From positions 345,982-377,981 of the forward strand of contig NZ_OMOH01000002.1 of assembly GCF_900289195.1 (NCBI RefSeq): 32,000 nucleotides of DNA, written 5' to 3'. Positions within the stretch are counted from its first letter, which is position 1. Every line of letters begins with the position of its first letter. Origin of the DNA: Propionibacterium ruminifibrarum. Its GTDB lineage: Bacteria; Actinomycetota; Actinomycetes; Propionibacteriales; Propionibacteriaceae. The translations under genes were made by a program, and so were the position numbers. Below, piece by piece: positions 28,495-32,000 of the stretch. Under the pieces are notes generated by a model. That model did no database searches. It had not been told where the DNA came from and saw only the letters and a list, made by a program, of their open reading frames with translations.

Positions 28495-28500
28495 CCGGGC
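28490..28500. repeat. Left copy of the 11-bp direct repeat CGTGACCGGGC flanking the toxin/immunity cassette
   Basis: Exact match to 29292-29302. It contains the TGA stop of the M23 gene. Confidence 0.7.
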
Positions 28501-29031
28501 GTGCCGCCAGAACCCGGGCCCCGCCCGAAGAGACCCCGAGCGGGACGGGGCGCGCGTCCGCCTGCCGCCAAGACCGGCTCACCGTCCCGGCGGGGACCCG
28601 CCTCGAGCGGGGACGGCCCGGTGTACGTCACGTCCGACGGACACCGGCTGCCCTTCGGCCCGGCCGATGTGCAGGGTCTGGACGAGGCGAGGGAGCACGT
28701 CGTCGAGGGCAGTATCCGACGCAACGGCAGGCGCACCGGAGGCCACCTGTACACCACCGTCGAGGCCGAGATGAGAGAAGGCCAGATCGCCTTCCCGAAG
28801 GACTGGGACGCCGACCGCATCATGGCGGCGGCCCGGCAGGTGATCGACCGGCCCGAGAATGTGTTGTTTCAAGGCGAACACCGGATCGAGCTCAGCTCCA
28901 CGATTGGTGGGGTCAGGCTGGTCGTCCGCCTCCGCTTGCCGAAGAACGGCCCTGCTGTCGTCACCGTCTTCCCCACAAGGGGCGTCGGAGTGAAGAGGGT
29001 TCACAATGGCAGACTCCGAGACGTAGGCTGA
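28501..29031 (+). CDS. Bacterial EndoU-nuclease-like (EndoU_bacteria-type) toxin domain protein with Pro/Arg-rich N-terminal tail; start uncertain (GTG 28501 or GTG 28621)
   Basis: The pattern EHVVEG-x8-TGGH ... [24 protein letters not shown] ... [26 protein letters not shown] matches my recollection of the H..G...GGH / FP..W....I / ...TafP layout of polymorphic-toxin EndoU C-terminal domains. GC3 is lower than in neighbours (AAT GTG TTG TTT CAA; ACG ATT GGT; GTT CAC AAT GGC AGA). No HMM search was run. Confidence 0.6.
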   Translation: MPPEPGPRPKRPRAGRGARPPAAKTGSPSRRGPASSGDGPVYVTSDGHRLPFGPADVQGLDEAREHVVEGSIRRNGRRTGGHLYTTVEAEMREGQIAFPKDWDADRIMAAARQVIDRPENVLFQGEHRIELSSTIGGVRLVVRLRLPKNGPAVVTVFPTRGVGVKRVHNGRLRDVG

Positions 29032-29035
29032 CCAC

Positions 29036-29296
29036 ATGTCCACATCCGAGGAGCTACTCGCATTCGCCGACCGGGTCTTACCCGAACCGGCCAGCGAGGA
29101 TGTGCTCATCGTGCAGGACATCGCGATGAACGACGATGAGTCCATCGCCTATGGGGCTCTCGATCTTCTCGTGGCCGCCCGCGTCACGATCCCTGAGGAC
29201 CTGCTGCTGCGGGCCCTCGACGATTACTCGGACTCGTGGACCTTCGTCGAACTCGCCACCGAGGCGCTCGAGCGGCAGCGGCAGAACGTCGCGTGA
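29036..29296 (+). CDS. Small acidic protein, putative cognate immunity/antitoxin (86 aa)
   Basis: The ATG lies 4 nt after the toxin stop. The protein is strongly acidic (many D/E) and matches no family I recognise. The role is inferred from context only. Confidence 0.5.
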   Translation: MSTSEELLAFADRVLPEPASEDVLIVQDIAMNDDESIAYGALDLLVAARVTIPEDLLLRALDDYSDSWTFVELATEALERQRQNVA

Positions 29297-29302
29297 CCGG
29301 GC
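29292..29302. repeat. Right copy of the 11-bp direct repeat CGTGACCGGGC
   Basis: Exact match to 28490-28500. It contains the TGA stop of the putative immunity gene and abuts the xerC stop (TCA at 29303-29305). Confidence 0.7.
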
Positions 29303-30232
29303 TCAGGCCCGCGGATGCGCCTGGTTGTAGGCGGCCCGCAGCCGCTCGTCACTGATGTGCGTGTAGATCTGGGTGGTCGCCAGCGAGGCGTGCCCGAGCA
29401 TCTCCTGCACGCTGCGCAGATCGGCGCCGCCCTCCAGCAGATGGGTCGCCATCGCGTGACGCAGCCCGTGCGGCCCGATGTCAGGGGCCTGCGGGATGGC
29501 CCGTAGCGCGGCGTGCACGACGCGGCGTACCACGGCCGGGTCGATCCGCCCGCCCCGCACGCCGAGGAACATCGCGTGGCCCGAGGCCGGCCGCGCCCAC
29601 TGGCCGCGCTGGGCTAGCCAGGCGTCCACGGCCGTCAGGGCGGGGGCCCCGAGCGGCACGACACGTTCCTTGTTGCCCTTGCCGAGCACGCGCGCCGTGC
29701 CCGAGCCGGCGTCGATGTCGCCGACGTCGAGGCCGCACAGCTCGCCGACGCGGATGCCCGAGCCGTAGAGCACCTCGAGGATCGCCACGTCGCGGGCGCC
29801 CTTCGGCCCCTCGGACTCGGCGGCGGCTGCTGCGGCGGCGTCCATGAGTTCGCGGGCATCGGCCTGGGTGATCGTCTGCGGCAACGCGCGCCCGACCTTG
29901 GGCGACTTGAGGCCGCCGGCCACGTCGGTCGGCACGATCCGGTTGTCCTTGGCCCAGGCGAAGAAGCCGCGGGCGGCGCCGGCGCGCCGGGCGAGGGTGG
30001 CCGATGCCGCGCCGTCGGCCTGCTGGGCGGCCAGCCAGCGCCGCAGGTCGGGTAGACCGACCTCGGCCAGGTCGGTGCGCCCTCGCCCGGCGAGGAAGCC
30101 GAGCAGGTCTGTGACGTCGCCCAGGTAAGCGCGTACCGTGTGCTCCGAGTAGCCGCGCTGCAGGCTCAGGTAGTCTCCGTAGCGCGCCACGACGGCGCCC
30201 CACGGATGCTGGTCGGCTGACGGTGTGCCCAC
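29303..30232 (-). CDS. xerC: Site-specific tyrosine recombinase XerC
   Basis: N-terminal SAM-like domain (YLSLQRGYSEHTVRAYLGDV). Catalytic region has ARD..ILEVLYGSGIRVGEL, HGLRHAMATHLL and LGHASLATTQIYTH. XerC versus XerD was assigned from synteny near rpsB. Confidence 0.85.
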   Translation of the reverse strand: MGTPSADQHPWGAVVARYGDYLSLQRGYSEHTVRAYLGDVTDLLGFLAGRGRTDLAEVGLPDLRRWLAAQQADGAASATLARRAGAARGFFAWAKDNRIVPTDVAGGLKSPKVGRALPQTITQADARELMDAAAAAAAESEGPKGARDVAILEVLYGSGIRVGELCGLDVGDIDAGSGTARVLGKGNKERVVPLGAPALTAVDAWLAQRGQWARPASGHAMFLGVRGGRIDPAVVRRVVHAALRAIPQAPDIGPHGLRHAMATHLLEGGADLRSVQEMLGHASLATTQIYTHISDERLRAAYNQAHPRA

Positions 30233-30306
30233 GAGCGTGAGTATAGGTTTGGTCAGTGCGGCGTCACGCGGCGTCGACGCGCGAGGCCATCGACCAGGAG
30301 GACCAG

Positions 30307-30927
30307 ATGAAAAGCCCAGCAGAGTGGGCCACCACCGGACGAGTTCTACGGATCACCCGCTGGGACGAGCCGGTGATGAGTTCCAGGACCCGCCCGGTCA
30401 CCGAGTTCAGCGAAGAACTGCACCAGCTGGTCGCCGACATGTTCCGGACGATGGCCGCGGCCGACGGAGTGGGGCTGGCCTCCCCGCAGGTCGACTCCGA
30501 TCTGTCGCTGTTCGTCTTCAACTGCCCCGACGAGTCCGGCCGCCTCGTCTACGGCGTCGTCTGCAATCCCGTCGTCACCCTGCCCGAGGGCAAGGACCGT
30601 CGCCTGGTGAGCGAGCAGGAGGGCTGCCTGTCGTGGCCGGGCGCCTACCAGCAGCTGGCCCGCCCCGACTTCGCCGTCTGCGAGGGCCAGGACGAGAACG
30701 GCGACCCGGTGCGCATCGAGGGCACCGGGCTGCTGGCCCGCTGCCTGCAGCACGAGACCGACCACCTGCAGGGCACCGTCTTCGGCGACCGGCTCTCGAA
30801 GCGCTCGCGCCGCCGCCTCGACGAGGAGAAGGAACGCCTCGCCCCCCTCTACCCGGACGACTGGCCGATCCACCCCAAGCGCACCGCCGGTGAGGTCGAC
30901 GGGGCTGGAGGGTCCGACCAGGGCTAA
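30307..30927 (+). CDS. def: Peptide deformylase, 206 aa
   Basis: Motifs GVGLASPQV, EGCLSWPG and QHETDHLQG. The ATG at 30307 is preceded by CAGGAGGA. The track start at 30256 was rejected. Confidence 0.93.
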   Translation: MKSPAEWATTGRVLRITRWDEPVMSSRTRPVTEFSEELHQLVADMFRTMAAADGVGLASPQVDSDLSLFVFNCPDESGRLVYGVVCNPVVTLPEGKDRRLVSEQEGCLSWPGAYQQLARPDFAVCEGQDENGDPVRIEGTGLLARCLQHETDHLQGTVFGDRLSKRSRRRLDEEKERLAPLYPDDWPIHPKRTAGEVDGAGGSDQG

Positions 30928-31622
30928 GAAGACCCAGCAACCCAGCGGCAGACCGCGGTCACACGCTGCCGCACGACACGGGGAGCCGGTTCGGCCACGC
31001 CACCGTTGCGCCAGCTGATGCACCCCAAAGGCAGAAGTGCCCCTCACCAGGTTCCTCGAGGCCTCCTTCGTATTCGTACTCGTCAGCAACCCCAGACGCG
31101 GGAAGTCCTTCCAGCAAGACAGCTGTCAAACAACGAGCCATGACCCTCGCCCAGCCGTACCAGCCCGTATGCCAAGCAGGGCGCGATGCAGCTCGTCAGA
31201 TCCGGTGTGGCAGCAATAATATTCCTTGATCAGTTAAAGCCTCATTCTTTTATCGGCAAAGGAGCCAGGTTTGAAGAATGACAGAGACAACTCTGTCGAG
31301 TCACATAGAAATTGGTGCATTGTCTTTTCGGTAACTATGTTCGGCGGGTCTCAGCCGTGCATTCCAGGCACACCTTGTCGGCCGTGCAAACCCAAGCTGA
31401 CGCCCAACAAGTCTTTGACTTGAGTTTCAGCTTTGGTCATACCCTGAGTGATGACCTGTTCGTCGCGGTGTTTGCCGAGCGGACCTGGGAGTTCGAAACT
31501 TAGCCCCAGTGCGGGCGAGTTTCGTCGCGTTCTGGTTCCCCGCATCCCCGGTGAGCACCGACTACATCCTCACGTCCTGTCAATCGGTCAACCATCCCCG
31601 GATGGTTTTCCCATTGCGCTCA

Positions 31623-31642
31623 ACTATTCAACACTATTCAAC
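31623..31642. repeat. Perfect tandem duplication of a 10-bp unit (ACTATTCAAC x2) in the low-GC region
   Basis: Read directly: ACTATTCAAC at 31623-31632 and again at 31633-31642. Confidence 0.9.
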
Positions 31643-31852
31643 GATGATACCCATGTCGGCGCCACGAGGAGCGTATAGAATGACTTCTACTTTCATCCAC
31701 GTCAGCATGTAAAACTATACGTTTCTTCTATCTGATCAGATCAGCAATTCACCAGGGCAATCTCAACCTATATGTTCCAATCATATCCGAAATGACATAT
31801 CGAATCCACTAAAACCGATTTTACCCATAATGACCATGGCTTCATGGCTAGC

Positions 31853-32000
31853 TGTTGTGGCGCATGAGGTTGTTGACGGTGTGGAGGTGGCGTAGGGGGC
31901 AGGCCCTCGACAGGATGGAAGTCGCTGAACTACCCGTCCGACCAAGGAGCCTGCCCTTGAGTACTCACGCTAACGCACCATTGACCGTTGAAGGCCGACA
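31853..32000 (+). mobile_element. Left end of an IS481-family insertion sequence (continues beyond the window)
   Basis: GC content jumps at about 31853. The element would start TGTTGTGG..., immediately after GCTAGC (31847-31852), the NCTAGN target typical of IS481. About 100 bp downstream, AAGGAG precedes a TTG-initiated ORF with an IS481-type transposase N-terminus. Confidence 0.55.
31957..32000 (+). CDS. IS481-family transposase, first ~14 codons only (truncated by the window end)
   Basis: The TTG at 31957 gives (M)STHANAPLTVEGR, resembling the conserved H-x-N-A-x-LT-x-x-GR start of IS481-family transposases. An AAGGAG SD lies at 31944-31949. Confidence 0.5.
   Translation, partial: MSTHANAPLTVEGR

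Noticed and set aside
29297-30306. Search for a dif-like XerC/D recombination site near xerC that could explain the adjacent insertion
   Set aside because: I recognised no 28-bp dif-type imperfect palindrome. dif is expected at the replication terminus, not beside xerC, and the 11-bp flanking repeat is not dif-like.
30945-30972. Possible def terminator hairpin GCGGCAG ... CTGCCGC
   Set aside because: The stem is only 7 bp, the loop is 14 nt, and there is no T tract. That is too weak to annotate.
30959-31141. 60-aa minus-strand ORF (MARCLTAVLLEGLPASGVADEYEYEGG...) and the overlapping 60-aa plus-strand ORF at 31037-31219
   Set aside because: There is no recognisable family, the third-position composition is mixed, the SD spacing is poor, and the two ORFs overlap each other. 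The evidence is insufficient to call a CDS, so they are covered under the orphan-region finding.
31480-31505. GGGAGTTCGAAACT resembling a tRNA T-arm (GGTTCGAA)
   Set aside because: The flanking bases cannot form the T stem (GGGAG versus CTTAG). No acceptor or anticodon arms can be built on either strand.

Overview
This is a high-GC (by eye about 70%) actinobacterial chromosomal segment made up mostly of core translation and isoprenoid genes. The gene order is that of the conserved Actinomycetota block.

Gene order across the window:
- cstA (5'-truncated) and ybdD.
- On the minus strand, GAP-membrane / truB / rbfA / infB / ylxR.
- A plus-strand TetR + ABC exporter cassette.
- On the minus strand, nusA / rimP.
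- An Ala-rich lipoprotein, then proS.
- GNAT / ispG, a 910-929 aa SF2 helicase, then dxr.
- rlmN / cdsA / frr / pyrH / tsf / rpsB.
- A divergent double-M23 peptidase.
- A small two-gene cassette, then xerC, then def.
- A low-GC orphan stretch ending at the left end of an IS481-family element at the window edge.

No rRNA, tRNA or CRISPR array was seen.

Most interesting items:
1. An 802-bp lower-GC insertion sits between the convergent stops of the M23 peptidase gene and xerC. It is flanked by a perfect 11-bp direct repeat (CGTGACCGGGC). It encodes a bacterial EndoU-nuclease-like toxin domain and a tightly coupled small acidic putative immunity protein. The toxin ORF is in frame with the M23 gene across a single TGA.
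2. A large SF2 (DECH) helicase with an internal hydrophobic hairpin and an uncharacterised C-terminal domain occupies the dxr-ispG slot. Mycobacteria carry the Rip1 site-2 protease there.
3. The TetR/ABC cassette, with a paired operator, splits the normally contiguous nusA-ylxR-infB operon. A strong terminator follows nusA.
4. The roughly 0.9-kb low-GC region next to the IS has no convincing gene.

Many long alternative-frame ORFs in the track are high-GC artefacts and were rejected.
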